A stretch of DNA of 64,000 nt, taken from positions 3,286,001-3,350,000 of the forward strand of contig JAYWIR010000017.1 in assembly GCA_036172245.1 (NCBI GenBank), written 5' to 3'. The DNA comes from Raillietiella orientalis. Lineage: Eukaryota. Shown here in pieces: positions 25,101-38,530 of this stretch (positions within the stretch are counted from its first letter, which is position 1; every line of letters begins with the position of its first letter). The position numbers and the translations under genes were made by a program. The notes under the pieces were generated by a model, which saw only the letters and a program-made list of their open reading frames with translations, was not told the origin of the DNA and searched no databases.

Positions 25101-26299
25101 GCAATCACCATCCGCGTGCGTTTCCCGAGAGTTCGAAAACCCGCAATGGTGGTCGAAATGGAACCAAAGGTTGGTTTACCGATGGTTTACCAAAGGTACG
25201 TGCCGATGACGTGTGTCAAGAACAAAGCAGTTTCCCTGGGCAGTTGTCAGGGTGAAATCGAAGTTCATCTGTAAGATGAGACAGCAACGCGCCAACACCA
25301 GGTCGCACGGGCATCCGCATCGAAGAAAACTTCAATGGACAGAGCAGTCTGTTTAACTTTTGCTTCCAAGAACAGACCAGAGCGTGTTCCTGCGTCGACA
25401 ACGGGGCGTGTGAATGGAAAGAGTCCAGAAGCCAATTTACAGTGTTTCCCTGATATAGTGTTCCGTTGGAAGAGGCAAAATGCTTGGGTAAGCATTCCAG
25501 TGGAGGGAATGATACTCCAGAAGCCAGTCAGGCTGCTAGTTCCCACAAGGAAATTGACTGCGTTCTCATTATCAGCAGCAGCTGGGTCACGGAGGGAAAT
25601 TGCGAAGGCTACCTTTGTCACCTAGTTTGTAGCTGGTATTTAAATGGAAGTTGTTGGTAAAATATGAGTTTGAGAGTGAGAGGGGGCTGGAAGATTGCGT
25701 CTGTTGGAAAAAAATGTTGCGTCTATTCTCAGCACCAACAATCTTCAGAGTAACAGACAGAGTGTCGATTTCTGGCTTAGTGTTTTAGACATCCAGTATC
25801 AGCTGTAACATCAGTTTGCTAGTTGACAACAGCTTCATCATCAGTCAGAGAAGCCACCACACATGCTCAAGTGACGGAAGTACTTGTCAGAAGCTTAAGA
25901 ACCCTTACTCTCTATCAGTGTAGATTCTTGAGAGAAGGAAGTTGGGTTTCACAGCCTTCAAAGCACCCAAAGTGATAGGAACTTTTCTGATTTCCATGCT
26001 ACGAGGGATTGGCAGCAGTTTCAGCGAGTGACCTCTCTATGAAGCAGTCTTGAAGATTGCGTGTGTGAAGACAGATACCCGATGTACCGCTACCTGGTCA
26101 ATCCATTCGACTCAGGGCCTCTCATGATTCGTGAAGAAAGTTTGATTAATGTAAGAACGCGAGCTCACCAATGCCTCAGCACGTTTGAAAGTAGAAAGGG
26201 TGTGCGTTAAAAGAGGGAAGTTCAGACCTGTAGAGGGGAAAATCATGATGTATGGGCATGTATGGATGTATGGACTGCAGGACTCGAAAGATTGAAGTG

Positions 26300-29200
26300 A
26301 TTTATTGGAAGAATATGAACATGCACTGAACTTGCCTAGGAAAATTTCTGGTCCTCGAGTGCGAACCGGAGGAACATTGCATCTGAATGATCCCAGTGGG
26401 CTTGATGAAAAGAGTGGTGAGAAAAGCCTGGAAATCTTTTCCACTCGGGCAAATGGCAACGATAATGCGCTTCTTGAGTGAGAATTCCTAGGAAAGGAAA
26501 AAGAAGTTCGAAGAAAGGTGTTTGATTAGAGGAAGGAAAGGGAAAAGACAAAGAAAATCATCAACAGAACGATGAATTGATGATCGGAAAAAAGGAAGCA
26601 GGAAAGGTCTGTTAGTGTTCATTCGTGCTTTTGACATCTCAATCCACAAGAGCTCATGAAATCCACCTTCTTTTCCCATTCTGTTAACTGCTTCTAGAAA
26701 AATCGGTAAGCAGCATTTTCTCGGCTGCATTTGAATGGTGGATGTTTTCTTGAAATTCAATGCTCTCGTCTATGGAATTTAGACTGATTTCTGTTCTTAT
26801 AGATTGCATTCAAGAATTGTTTCTCACGGACATCTCCATTCTCTTTCTGCATCCTTTGGAGATACCTGCGACTACAAAAGATGCATTTGGTTTCAGGAAG
26901 TGCACAGTCTACAAACTCATTTCACGGAGAAATGCCCTCTTAATACTCTACTATTCCCGTCTGCTATTTAAAAAAACTCTGCTTTTAAAAATTTGGCTTT
27001 ACTCTTAGCTATCTTGGGACAAAGCAACAAGGAGCAGCATACCAGCAGGAAATAGGGATGACAAGTGCCGGATACTTGGGCAGAGTATAAAGAAGGAAAG
27101 TGATTTTAAAGTATCTGTTGATAGATGTGAATTCTTTTGTATGAATCAATTGTTTCTTCTACATAGTGAAATCGTCTTGCTTCATCGCTCTAAATTTCTA
27201 GGAAGTACTGGCTGTCCCGTCCACAGACACATCGCACTCAATGAACCCCTTTACATGAAGACCACTCTCTCAAAGTACTTCATCTTGGTGCACAAAATCC
27301 TCCATAGTCGTACTTCCTACAAACAATAACCTGCAATCTGATTACGGGCCAAATCTTTTCAGCATTCTTTTGAATATACTATTTTGCTGGTCCTCCAATC
27401 CGTGTTTGGGATCAAAGTAAAATGGAGTAACGCCGTGAGATACCTATAAAATTTACGGAAACATCTCTTCTAAAAGAATGTGAAGATGTTCTCTATCTCG
27501 AGCATTTCTGAGAACTCGGGAAAGCAGTGTGATTGCTTCAACAGGGTGATAGAATGGAAGCTCTCCAGTGAAGTAAGGATGCAGCTTGAAGACAGGTTTG
27601 GTCTAGAAATTTTCGATCTCCTCATCTTTCGAAAAATCGAAAATGCCCGATAAAGCAGAATGTTTTCCTCAATCGAACTGTCGATCATTTTCTATCTAGA
27701 AAGCATAATACCTAACAGGTGATCTACTCAAATTTCCTGCAGTAATGATTGATTGGGCTCTTACTCTTCATCAACGCCGTTGTTACCAAATTTCTGCAAC
27801 CTTTGATTTCAATTGATAATGTAGAAGACTAGATTTAATGAAAAACTCCAAAACATTGGATACTCTTCCTTTTAGTTTTCAAGGTAAGTTCTTGCTGAAT
27901 CTCTTTATTCCTTACTGTCACCTTTTTAAATTGCTTTGAATTGATCTAACCTACTCCAAGCTGCTTCACATTTCTCTGTCGTTTCATGGCATTCTTCACT
28001 TACATTTAAAAGCTTCTGTTCTTTAGATAGCTTCATATATACTACACATATACAATATACAATCCCATGTATGCATTACTCAGCCCTTCACAGATGGTAC
28101 ACACATTCCATTTTTATGGAACTGAAGAACTTTGCTAGGATCTTGAATCTTAATCAGAGAGGAATTAAGTCATCTGAAAGAAACAGATTTCCTTCCTCCT
28201 AATCCCTTTTGTTTCATCTTTGATGGATTGTTCACAGTAGAGCCGAAATGAAGTCCCAATTTCTTCATGACAGCAAAAGTTTTGAAATCGATGTGAGGGA
28301 GAACAACCCATTTATTTCACCAGTCCTCTCATTGATTTTCTCTTATCCATCTCTTCTAGGAAGATCTGGAATAAATTTCCTCTCGACGAGTGTTTGGGCA
28401 CTGCATGCTTCGGCGATTGCCACTATCATCATTCTTTTCACGGTTAGCGGTATGTTCTCTTATGAATACTCCTCCATGTAAGAGAGCTGCAGAAATCGAA
28501 ATCTTGCAAAAAATTGAGGTACTTGAACACGATCCTAATGAGCCAGTACCATTGGTTTCAATTGACCTCTGTAGAATCTCTATCGAATTGAGCCAGAGGA
28601 AGGTCATGTGCACTGCTCAATTTTCTTCTAAATCATAGAAAGCAAGTCTTTCAGCAGCATGTGTGGAGATGCAAATACGTGTCCTTTAACGGGTTACTGG
28701 TTTAAAGAATTTTGAAACCGAGCCCATTCTGTCTTAAAATGTAAGTCACCCGCACTGAGGCACTTCAAGTTTGAGCTTTTCAGCTCCCCATTGGAGCCAA
28801 TTTTTCTAAAGCTCTTCTTTTAGAGACTTCTATCAAATTGTCCGAGTAAAAAGTGACTATTGAATAAGTACTTTGGAGAGCTTTTTACAGCTTTCCCGGA
28901 GAATCCATGTGCTTTTCTTCAAGTGAATACTCTGTAGGTGTTTCACAAATGAAAAGGGTCCTTTAGTGAAAGGAAGCATAACACGAGGATGTTGACGATT
29001 TCGGCATCTTTCTGATGGCAGTCTGCACTATCGGAAAGATGCTAGCAAGTTGAGAAACTAGAGAAGCTAACTATGGAAGGACTCGATGGAGCAAGAAAGA
29101 TTCCTCTAAATTAAACTCTACAGAAGCCATCGGATGAAAGGCACTCTATTCAAAAATCCATCTCCATGAAAAACAATTCCTCCTTTTAGCAAAAACGTTT

Positions 29201-30405
29201 ACATCCATTCAACGTCCCCACCATTCCCCATCAGAATTTCTCACTTCCTAGCTAACAATTTCGTATGAGAATCTTCCTGTCTTGAATTTCTGCTTTACGA
29301 GGAAGGTCTGTTTGTGTTCTGCAATATGAGAAAGATGTTCACCAACAGTATACAACTGTTCTGAAATCCCGAAACATGTACCCAAATCGACAGCAATTTT
29401 CGATCAACATTGATAAATGTTCGGTTGCAACCTCTTTTTTTTTTTTTAAAAAGAAAAAAGACCTACAAAAATTCAAGTTTGAAAATGGTTTATGTCTTCG
29501 GATTCGCTGCAGCACTAGCTGCTCCGTTCTTGCTGCTCAGATGTAGAGATTGCTGTCTGGGACTCCCTCAAAGGCAGAAGTGTGTAGCTTAATTACATCA
29601 TCCGAAGCAGAGAATCGAGGTCAGCAAGACGTGAGAAATAAGAAATGATAAGCAGGGACTCGTTCTTTTATCAATGGTAAGAAGACCAGAGCTAGAACTA
29701 TCACCAAATATGGACAGCATTCTAGTAGCAATGTTAGATGTAGATCAGATAGGAGGAAGTGTGCTGAGATACTGAAAACTGCCATCTTTCTAAAATGCTT
29801 GTTTAGATCACTCCACCTCCAGAGATTAGTGAAAAAGTCCTACGATGGAGAAATCTCATAGAAAGTGATGACTGAAAAAATAAACATGCATCCTTCACTT
29901 GTAGAAGTATCTGTTTCATCGATTCCGTTCCATGTTTGCTTGGGTTTTCTTCGTGCGTAGGAAATCCAATCCTTTAAAGAAGATGCCAAGAGAGACGCAG
30001 TTTTCTTCGCAAGCTCATTCACTTTCAGTCAGTTTACTGAGATCCGACTGTCGAGACGTGCTTTTTCTCCAGCGCTAACAACGCTCACTGATGCTGCTGC
30101 ACAGTCTTGCCACGGGAAGACTTGATGAGTAGGCTGCGGATAATCTCATATGCTAGAAGGAACTCAAGCAACAGTCCTGAAGGCGAAATGCTAACAGTTT
30201 CTTGAGCACAAAGGCAGGTGGGTTTGACAGAGATGGCTGGGGAGCAACCACTATTTTTATTATTCATTGGTCTCTCCTCCATCTGAAATACCATGGTTAC
30301 CCCGCTCCTTCGCCCTTGATTTTGGTTGCCCTCGATGTTGTTCGGAAAAGATCTGGGCGCAGCGCCAACTGAGAAAAGCTGAAGGCTAGAAGTTGTCAGG
30401 CGCTA
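26300..30405 (-). pseudogene. L: EVE-B: decayed Mononegavirales-like L gene, 3' part (motif C to MTase)
   Basis: Collinear remnants: KIKGEGAG plus frameshifted NQV (motif C, ~30286-30323), VKP...ET (~30200-30228), FGYMFRDFRT (29357-29386), LARK.RNS.WG (~29225-29255), SAFHPM, TKGPF (~28953-28967), RRALEKLAPMGS* (~28782-28820), TRICISTHAAERLAFYDLEEN (~28619-28682), VDGTAST (MTase, ~27205-27225), DAE (~26850). Confidence 0.62.
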
Positions 30406-30408
30406 GAA

Positions 30409-31160
30409 GACCCTGGATCCGACTGAAAGACCTGTGGCGTCGCAACAAGATGCCGGCTTGAACATCCTGACCATACACGAGATTGGACTACAGGTGCGGT
30501 TCCCACTCCTTCCACTGCGTGGAAGATTGTGGACTTGTCCACTGGTGTACTCCAGCACGCCACATCCTCCGACGATGCGTGGAAAACGCAGGAATTCTTT
30601 CGCTTCTCCCGCGCAACCTATGCAGGAACACCGTATTTGGATACCCTCTGAGGCATCTTCCTCACTTCTGGTAGCTCGCCCGCGGAAGTCTTTCAGTCAC
30701 CGTCTGCCCTCAGGGCAAACAATGACCGAAGCCAACCGGGTCAGGGAAAGAGTCGTCCTGCAGGATCGCGGGAGTCGAGAAACACCTTGACGGCTGCAAG
30801 AGGAGCGCGTTGGTGAACGCCGCCACTCTTCGTTTCCAGGCAAAGGGACTCCTTCGGTGGGGTGACCTGCTCGGCGTGCCTTCCTAAGAACTCGTGGTCC
30901 CTCCCATGTGCATGGACACGACGGTGCTCCCATTGCCGTGAAGACGGGATGTCGTGCTGTTTCTGCGCTGGCGATTGCCGGTGCAACTCAGAGCAGGCAC
31001 CCGGTTTCCGGGAGAGTCGCCTTCCCGAACTGTTTCAGGACTGTTCCGGTTCCTGTTGTTCTGCGGTGCCCTGGCAGATAGGTCGCGGAGACTCGCTTCG
31101 GTGGTCCGCAACCCGGAGGGCATCTCTCCGGACTTGCTGCGGCGCTTCTTCACTAAAGGT
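30409..31160 (+). mobile_element. L1/Tx1-like ORF2 C-terminal fragment (dead)
   Basis: LRWGDLLGVPS*ELVVPPMCMDTTVLPLP*RRDVVLFLRWRLP aligns with ORFs 4474..5274 and 31624..32166. Confidence 0.75.
30449..31129. repeat. 681-bp near-perfect inverted repeat, left arm (partner 37694-38374)
   Basis: ORF-track translations are identical in several frames. Only one mismatch was seen (position 31023). Confidence 0.95.
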
Positions 31161-31169
31161 GGGCAGGTG

Positions 31170-32170
31170 CTTTGATTGCACACCCGGGTGCGCCGGGGCG
31201 TTTATTACTCTTGCAGGAATTGATGGAGCCAAAAGACCCACAGATTCCAATTATTTCACCAAAAAAAGGGAGAGGCCGACGGTGACCATCGTGTCCACAA
31301 AGGGAAAGGGGGATGAAACAAAAATAAAAAAAAAAGGAAACAAACTACAACAAAAATAGAAGCTAACAAAAAAATTTAGTTGGAGGGAAGAAAAGGAATC
31401 ATATTTCGTGGTGGGTGAGGCCTTTGCATCCGTTGAAGGATTCCAGCGAGTTCCTCTTTCTCCCTTTCCAGGTGGGGCCACCTCAAAGCTATCCGTATGA
31501 AGCGGATGGCGTGCAGGACAGCCCCCCTGTAGCTCTGGTCTCTCTCAGCGTCGCACTTCGCCGCGACGACACCGCGCACGCAGCACAGCTCTGCGATTGC
31601 GGGTGAGGGCGTCATGGCGTCCCTCACGGAGAGGGACCTCGAAGAGTCTCTGGGATCGTCCACGGATGCGGAAGGGACGCAGAGAAACGTTCCCACAATT
31701 CCCGGAGGGCGACACACTGCACTATCAGGTGGGGGAAAGTCTCCTTCTCTCCACATTTCTCTCTTCTCTCCCAGTTCGGCGATGCGCTTTCCCTCGTCCA
31801 GTGGTGCCGGCGCGCATTGCACGTAAGATCCCAGTGCAGTACCAGCAGCGCCGATTGCTGCCACTTGAGGGGAAGCAGCTTCTTGTCTAGGAACACGGGA
31901 GGCACTTCGAACTCTTCGAGCTGAATGGAGAAGAGTTCGCCCCAACGTTCCAGTCCTTTGGAGACGGTTCTTTTTGTTGCCGCGTCAGCCAGCTCACGAG
32001 GTGTCCGGCCACCGATAGGCTTCCTGTGGGCCGAGATCTCGCAGGAAACCTCCCACTTCGCCGGTAGGCAGGTGCCATGTATCTCGATAGCGGAGGACAC
32101 CTCTGCGGCGGAGGGGGTGGCTTCTGGGTAGGCCAACATGGTCAGCTCACCACCCACCGCACCCAATGTC
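31170..32170 (-). mobile_element. 5'-truncated L1/Tx1-like retrotransposon 3' end with zf-RVT-like finger and 3'UTR
   Basis: ORF 31624..32166: LHWDLTCNARRHHW...KCGEKETFPHLIVQCVALRELW. T-rich 3'UTR, then AATAAACGCCCCGGCGCACCCGGGTG terminus. Confidence 0.8.
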
Positions 32171-32569
32171 CCCCCGCTGCTCTTCTGAAACTCTTGGCAC
32201 CGGTAAACTCCTGACGGGGCGCGGGTGAGCGGACTTACTTTCCTCCTTTATCCTCACTTTCTCCTGCCGTCAGACCGGAATGTTCTTAGGGCGACAGAAA
32301 ATCCACGTGTTCGCTTTCACCAGAGCAGCGACACACCGGAGGGAAAGCCGCAAGATGGAAGGCGGTGGTAGTGGCACACAAACAGGGTTGCGGGTCCTTC
32401 GCCACCGACCTCCAGCTGGGAAAGCGAACGTCCAGGGGCGTACTAATGGGTGGTCCAGTTGTGTGCTACGAAGGCCGGCCAGCCTTTTGAAGATCAGTCA
32501 AACTTCCATGCGCTCCAACGTCAGCAATCCAAGTTCTCCTTCGCGCAGAGGACTTGGACCACTGATGAT

Positions 32570-33420
32570 TCCACGCCCGAGTGCGCCGGGGCGTATATTC
32601 TCTCACAGGAAACGATGAAGCCAATGGTCCACCAATTCCAATTGTTACACTAGAAAGAAGGGGGGAGAGGATAGGTCCATCACTCACTCTGTGATCGCAA
32701 CGATCTGCTGCATCCACGCCATAGTGACAGCCCGCTATATGATGGAGTCTCGTTCGCAACGACAGGAGACCACTCGCATGGCAGCCATCTTGATGAGGAC
32801 GGCTAACATCACCTGGAGGAAGAAGTCAAGTCGGAGGTCACTGACATTCCTCGCCGGTACTGAGGTAAGGATTCCAGTCTCAACCCTTCCTTTACTTATT
32901 CATTTATTGTCTTCTTTCCTTCCGCTCCGAACTTCCTGAATATCTGACTTGCGTGCCGGTGAACCCCTGCTTTTGAACTGTCGTTCTTTTCTTAGAACTC
33001 AGTTCCCGCTGACCTGTTTGTTTATTTATTTTTGAATAAAATCTGTTGGATCAAAACAGGAACTGGCTTCGTATCCTAGCATTAGCGACGGGATCCCGGG
33101 ACCTGGAGAAACTTTGGTTTGTTGCACACAGCAGGAAACCTAAAGCAATTTGTTGTTGGTCAACATGCAGCACAGTGGGGACAAGCACCGGGAGCAGAGC
33201 TCTGGGCCACTGGTCAGGACAAACCTTTGTTAGCAAGCTTCCTACTGTGTGACCAAACCGCAGGAATCGTGGAGATCCCTGAGAATTTATTTGGTCTAAT
33301 AAAACCAAGTCCTGGTGACTGAAACGTCCTCCCAGGTGGCAAATGAAGACCATTCCTGGCCTTGCACATCACTCTTGCACCAGCGTCGTACAACCCGTGC
33401 TCCGGAGAGGGAAAAACGGA
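32570..33420. mobile_element. Mosaic of short L1/Tx1-like fragments (minus 3' end 32570-32670; plus C-terminus+UTR 32680-33045; plus post-RT fragment 33046-33420)
   Basis: 32570-32650 resembles 31175-31255. IATICCIHAIVTARY...ESRSQR matches the 37453..37869 C-terminus. NWLRILAL...EFIWSNK resembles the post-RT region. Confidence 0.6.
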
Positions 33421-35800
33421 GAAAAGAGTTGCCGAGAGCAGCAGGTAAGGCTCCTACCGAAACGCGAAAGAGCTGCAGGAGCTGCAAGCATACAGGATTC
33501 TGTGTACGTGGCTAAACTAACCAGAAGGATACCCGAAGGCCCGATACTGAAATCATACGGAGGATGAGAGCTCATCAACGAAGAGGAAGGTAGTAAAAGC
33601 AGCTTCAAAAGAAAACAACCGAGCAGATTGCAGAACTTGCAATCCGGAGGTCGGACGTGGAGACATGTTCTCCTGTGTTTGCCGAAGCGCACATCCGAAA
33701 AGGACCACATGAACGTAAATATTTTGAATACGGAGAAACATACTTCAGAAGGGAAGCGCATGTGAATACGAATGAACATACTGGAGAAAGAATGCGCGTT
33801 GGGAGTCCTCTTAGAGGAATGGGAATCGCTGAAAATTTGGCACAGCCGAGAGTTCCTTTCATTCCCTTTCCAAGGATGAAGTCTGGCTTCTTCTGTAGAA
33901 CTAACTTACAGAAGGCAGGAAGGGGGAAGGCAGAAAGGAGAGCTGAACCGTACAAATTTGTGGCTGCTGCAGATAAGCATAAGTTTTTTCTTATTCCACC
34001 TCCTGACCTACGGAACAGCAGTTTGTCGACGGTGACTTTCAGCCTCTGCAGAAAGTTTCGAATGGAAGACGGAACTTTCTCGTAGAAAGGATGTTGGCGG
34101 AAGAGAACGAGTCCTCTGTCCGTATCGTGTTCGTCCAAACCCGATATTCAACTTCCATTGATAAGATGTCGGTCCATTTGGGAGTGCTGATTCCTTCGAT
34201 CCTAAAATAGCTGTTGTGATCTTTCACAACAACAACAAAAATCCGTGTCCAGCGATTGCCCAAACCTCCCCTTGTTCTTCCTCTATCTGTTTTCACCTCT
34301 GTACAGGCAATTTTTTTCAATAGCTTGCGAGTTCATTTGGTGCTCCGGTACTTTTGTACTTTCTGTACTCCGCTAATGTATTTCGAGCTGATGCAGAAGG
34401 AACTCCGCTTCAAGCAATGCTCAGAACAGATTATGGATTCAGCTCTCTAAAAGCAAACGGCTGTCCATTTTCCTCCATTTATTTAAAAGAATTATCGCTG
34501 CAGAATGCAACAGGAGTTTCATCCTTTTGTTCCCAAAAAGCAGGCATCCATCCTGACTCATGTGGAGGCCGAGGAGTGTGTCTGAACTGGATTCCGTTTG
34601 AAGCAGTCGGAATGCACGGATAAGCGTGTCTTTTACACGATCTTTTCTCTGGGACGATGTATTCGAGCATTGCGAGATCGGCAGAGTTGTCGGATCGACG
34701 GCTTGAGGTCATCAGGACCCTCAACTCGCCGTGGTCTGGTCAGGGTGTCCGCTGCGGACGCAGTCCGCTTGATGGAATGCGGAGGCGAGTAAGTCGCAAG
34801 TCTCCGGGTACTTCTCTCTCCCTCTCTTTCAGTTTTTTTCGGAGATCTCCTCCCTTGTGGGACCGAGCGAGCGGGAATTCCGTTCCCTAGACTGACTGCT
34901 GGAGGAGGCTCTGCCGATGCCTGCGCGTCCGCTGCTCGCTGTTCTTCCTGTGCGGACGGCGAGCGTGCAGAAGTCGAAAACCCTCGCAAGCCACAGCCGC
35001 GCCACCTCAGGTACCTCGCTCCGCCGTTGGCCACCCGCGATTTATGAATCGCATGGATCGCTTGACCTGCGGAAGCTCTATTTAAGTGGTCTTGTTCGAT
35101 AGATGGGATGCTCGAGCGAAAACCAGGAATTAAAAAGATCAGCTCTCCCACCAAGGATGCTAAGAGTTCAGGAAACTCCTAGAATTCTAAGGATCTCACT
35201 CGGCGCGAAGAGGGTCAAATCTTTTGGCTTCGACAAGAACTGCTCGTGATGTGTTCTCCTGTTCCTCACGTGGGACCGCGGATCCAAGCATCGTATTTCT
35301 CATCAGCAGTTTTCTCTACAACACCTTTCTTTGGTTTAGTTCGTTCACCGACATCAGATGAGACCCAGGAGTCCTGTCACTTGTTGACTCTCAACTTCTT
35401 TTGCCTGGCTTTCTTTCCTTCCCCGACTCTGAACTCTTGGCTCTCATCGGCTTGTCATGGTGGCATTCGTGACATTTTCTGAAAACATCATCTTAAGAAT
35501 ACTTTCCAACCTTGCCTCCTCCTCGATGTAATGTACAGAATGAGGCGTAAAAGTATGGATCTGTGACCTCAGTCGAACTCGAATCCATTTCCGTTCAGGT
35601 GCCCTTTCTCCACTTAGGGTCAAACTTAGAATACGCCGAAGGCAGTGTGGCAGATGAAAGAAAGCTGATGCAGGTCTTCCTGTATGGCTGTCATGCAGAA
35701 GGAGAATGGAAATTAGAGATCTCTCCGATTTCTTCTCTCAACGTTACCTGAAAATTTCAGAGAACCTTAAAAAAAACAAACGTAAACCACCCCTTTCCGA
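33420..35800 (-). pseudogene. L: EVE-B: decayed L gene, 5' part (N-terminus to motif F/A region)
   Basis: DL*FPF (~HL.SP, ~35705-35722), KRHAYPCI (GHP-equivalent, ~34611-34633), VTVDKLL (~34018-34037), LERE*KELSAVPNF (motif F-like, ~33832-33873). Same strand and correct order relative to 26300-30405. Confidence 0.5.
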
Positions 35801-37239
35801 CTCCATCTTTCCGACTTCCGCAGTATCATTTTTAGGCTTGATTTTTTCCCCACTATGCCTGTCTTCTGGAAATTCGGCATCCTTGTAAGTCAGGGGTTTT
35901 CATCTCCCCTTTTCAGATTAGGCTAAGGGAAAAAACTCGAAAACTCTAGATGGAAATTTCTTATACGGATTTGGAAACATCCGTAAAAGGGTCTCTCTAT
36001 GATGGAGTGAATAAGCTTAATGCTTTCATTCCATACCACTTTCTCGCACGTTCTAACAAAAGTCAACACGAAGAGACACTGTCAAGAGCGCAGTGATACG
36101 AGGAAAAGTGGTTTTCTATGAAAAATCATCAGCAATGACAGCCAGCTTCTCTCTTCAAGAAATTTTCGCATTCTTTCAAAAGTGCACCTCTCAAAAAAGA
36201 AAAAAAAAGTGCTTGAAACAAAACACCAAAGTGTTTTAAGAAACCAATAGATGGACGGAACAACACGCAGACAGAAGCCTCAACCTTTCCAGCAATGACA
36301 CCCGACAGCCGGGCATCCGTTGAGCAGCAGTCTCCTATGCTTTGTCTTGAGAAAGGTTGGAGTTGCCTCACCTTCAAGCGATGAGCAGATGAACACGATT
36401 AAAGTAAAAGTGGAGAATCAAAAATCACAGTCTGGAAGTCACAGAGCCGCAGGTGATTTATTTGCCACTGCTCGTCGAGGTTTGACCTATAAAAACAGAG
36501 TCAACGAGAGTACCAGAACTTCACAAAACTTGACAGGACAGCAACTGAGATGGAACAGGGATGGGGAAGGTGCACGCGACCGCATCAAAAATAAACTGCA
36601 GACCTAAAGGTAAAAGGCAATGGAGAAAGCTGGAGCAAGAGGTAAATCATTGATTGGATTATGGTGTCGTCATCAACTGGTTCATCATAAATGGTATCCA
36701 CCAAGCAGCTTCAGGAATCGAAGCCAAGAGATGAACACAAGCGTAGAAAAACACAGATCACCGCAGAGTTCCAGGATCACAAGGAGCATTAGAAGACTAA
36801 AGAAAATGCCTGCAGGTCTGAGAAAAAATCAGTCAAAAAGGCAGTGATGTGTGGATTGGCTGTTCATAAAATTATGGAATGGAAAGGAAACGCAGGCTGA
36901 ACGTGATCCCGTGGATAAGCGGAGGGGAGCCTTCCTCGAAGCACTCAAGGAACATTTCAAGTAATTTCTGATTGCATATTTTCCTGATGATCGGAAACCA
37001 GTGGCCGCGAGTTATCACGACAATTAATAAATAGAATGATGTGCTCTGGGTGGACAGGAGTCAGGTTGTTCACTGAAGTGTTTGTCATACTGTCAAATGA
37101 TCTCTTTCCCGCTTGTTTGAAATAATTTTCAAAATGTTACAATTCACTCTCTTTACGCTACTAGGGAGATGATAAATTAGTGGACCGGACAAGAAAACAA
37201 CCCATATTTGAGCAAACGGAGATCCATGAATGATCCGTA

Positions 37240-38530
37240 CATGGTCACTTTGGGACGCTTATTTAAAAAATAAACTACAAATCAGGAGGAAAGCATCTCC
37301 TAAATACAAAAATATGCCAAAAAACAAAAAAATTTATTGGGCATGACCACCGGCGCTCAGGTCGACTTCTAAAAAAGTAGGGAACGGAAGGAGGGGGCAA
37401 CAAATACATTAGAAAAAAAAAAACACGAGAGTAAAGACAGGGATATTTGGTTTTATTCGTTCCCTCCTTGGAAGCGACTGTGTATGGTGACGAACTCACT
37501 GATGACTTCTGGCAGGTGAGGCCACCTTGCAGCTGTCCTCATCAAGACGCCTGCCATGCAAGTGGCCTCCCGCCGTTGTGAACGAGACTCCGTCACGTAG
37601 CGGACTGTCACCAGGGCGCGGATGCAACAGATCGTTGCCATAACAAGTCCAGCCGTCAGCCTGCCTTGAGCGAAAAAGCGCCACAGCAAGTCAGGAGAGA
37701 TGCCCTCCGGGTTGCGGACCACCGAAGCGAGTCTCCGCGACCTATCTGCCAGGGCACCGCAGAACAACAGGAACCGGAACAGTCCTGAAACAGTTCGGGG
37801 AGGCGACTCTCCCGGAAACCGGGTGCCTGCTCTGAGTTGCACCGGCAATCGCCAGCGCAGAAACAGCACGACATCCCGTCTTCACGGCAATGGGAGCACC
37901 GTCGTGTCCATGCACATGGGAGGGACCACGAGTTCTTAGGAAGGCACGCCGAGCAGGTCACCCCACCGAAGGAGTCCCTTTGCCTGGAAACGAAGAGTGG
38001 CGGCGTTCACCAACGCGCTCCTCTTGCAGCCGTCAAGGTGTTTCTCGACTCCCGCGATCCTGCAGGACGACTCTTTCCCTGACCCGGTTGGCTTCGGTCA
38101 TTGTTTGCCCTGAGGGCAGACGGTGACTGAAAGACTTCCGCGGGCGAGCTACCAGAAGTGAGGAAGATGCCTCAGAGGGTATCCAAATACGGTGTTCCTG
38201 CATAGGTTGCGCGGGAGAAGCGAAAGAATTCCTGCGTTTTCCACGCATCGTCGGAGGATGTGGCGTGCTGGAGTACACCAGTGGACAAGTCCACAATCTT
38301 CCACGCAGTGGAAGGAGTGGGAACCGCACCTGTAGTCCAATCTCGTGTATGGTCAGGATGTTCAAGCCGGCATCCCGTTGCGGCGCTTCCAGGTCTTTTA
38401 GTCGGACCCGGGGTCGAAACACGAGGCACACGCCAGGTGGGAGTCCGCGACCCGGTACAGAGAGCCAGATGTCGGAGCTGCACTCAGAGCCCGATTTTGT
38501 GAAGATTCGGTATGCCCAAGCCGGCATGCT
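37240..38530 (-). mobile_element. 5'-truncated L1/Tx1-like retrotransposon 3' end (dead)
   Basis: Contains the inverted copy of 30449-31129, the C-terminus MATICCIRALVTVRY, a T-rich UTR, and AATAAGCGTCCC terminus at ~37243-37263. Confidence 0.75.
37694..38374. repeat. 681-bp near-perfect inverted repeat, right arm (partner 30449-31129)
   Basis: Reverse complement of 30449-31129. Confidence 0.95.

Noticed and set aside
36300..36900. Plus-strand APE endonuclease-like words (AAGDLF, IDWIMVS)
   Set aside because: Weak, and conflicts with the minus-strand G interpretation. Unresolved without a search.
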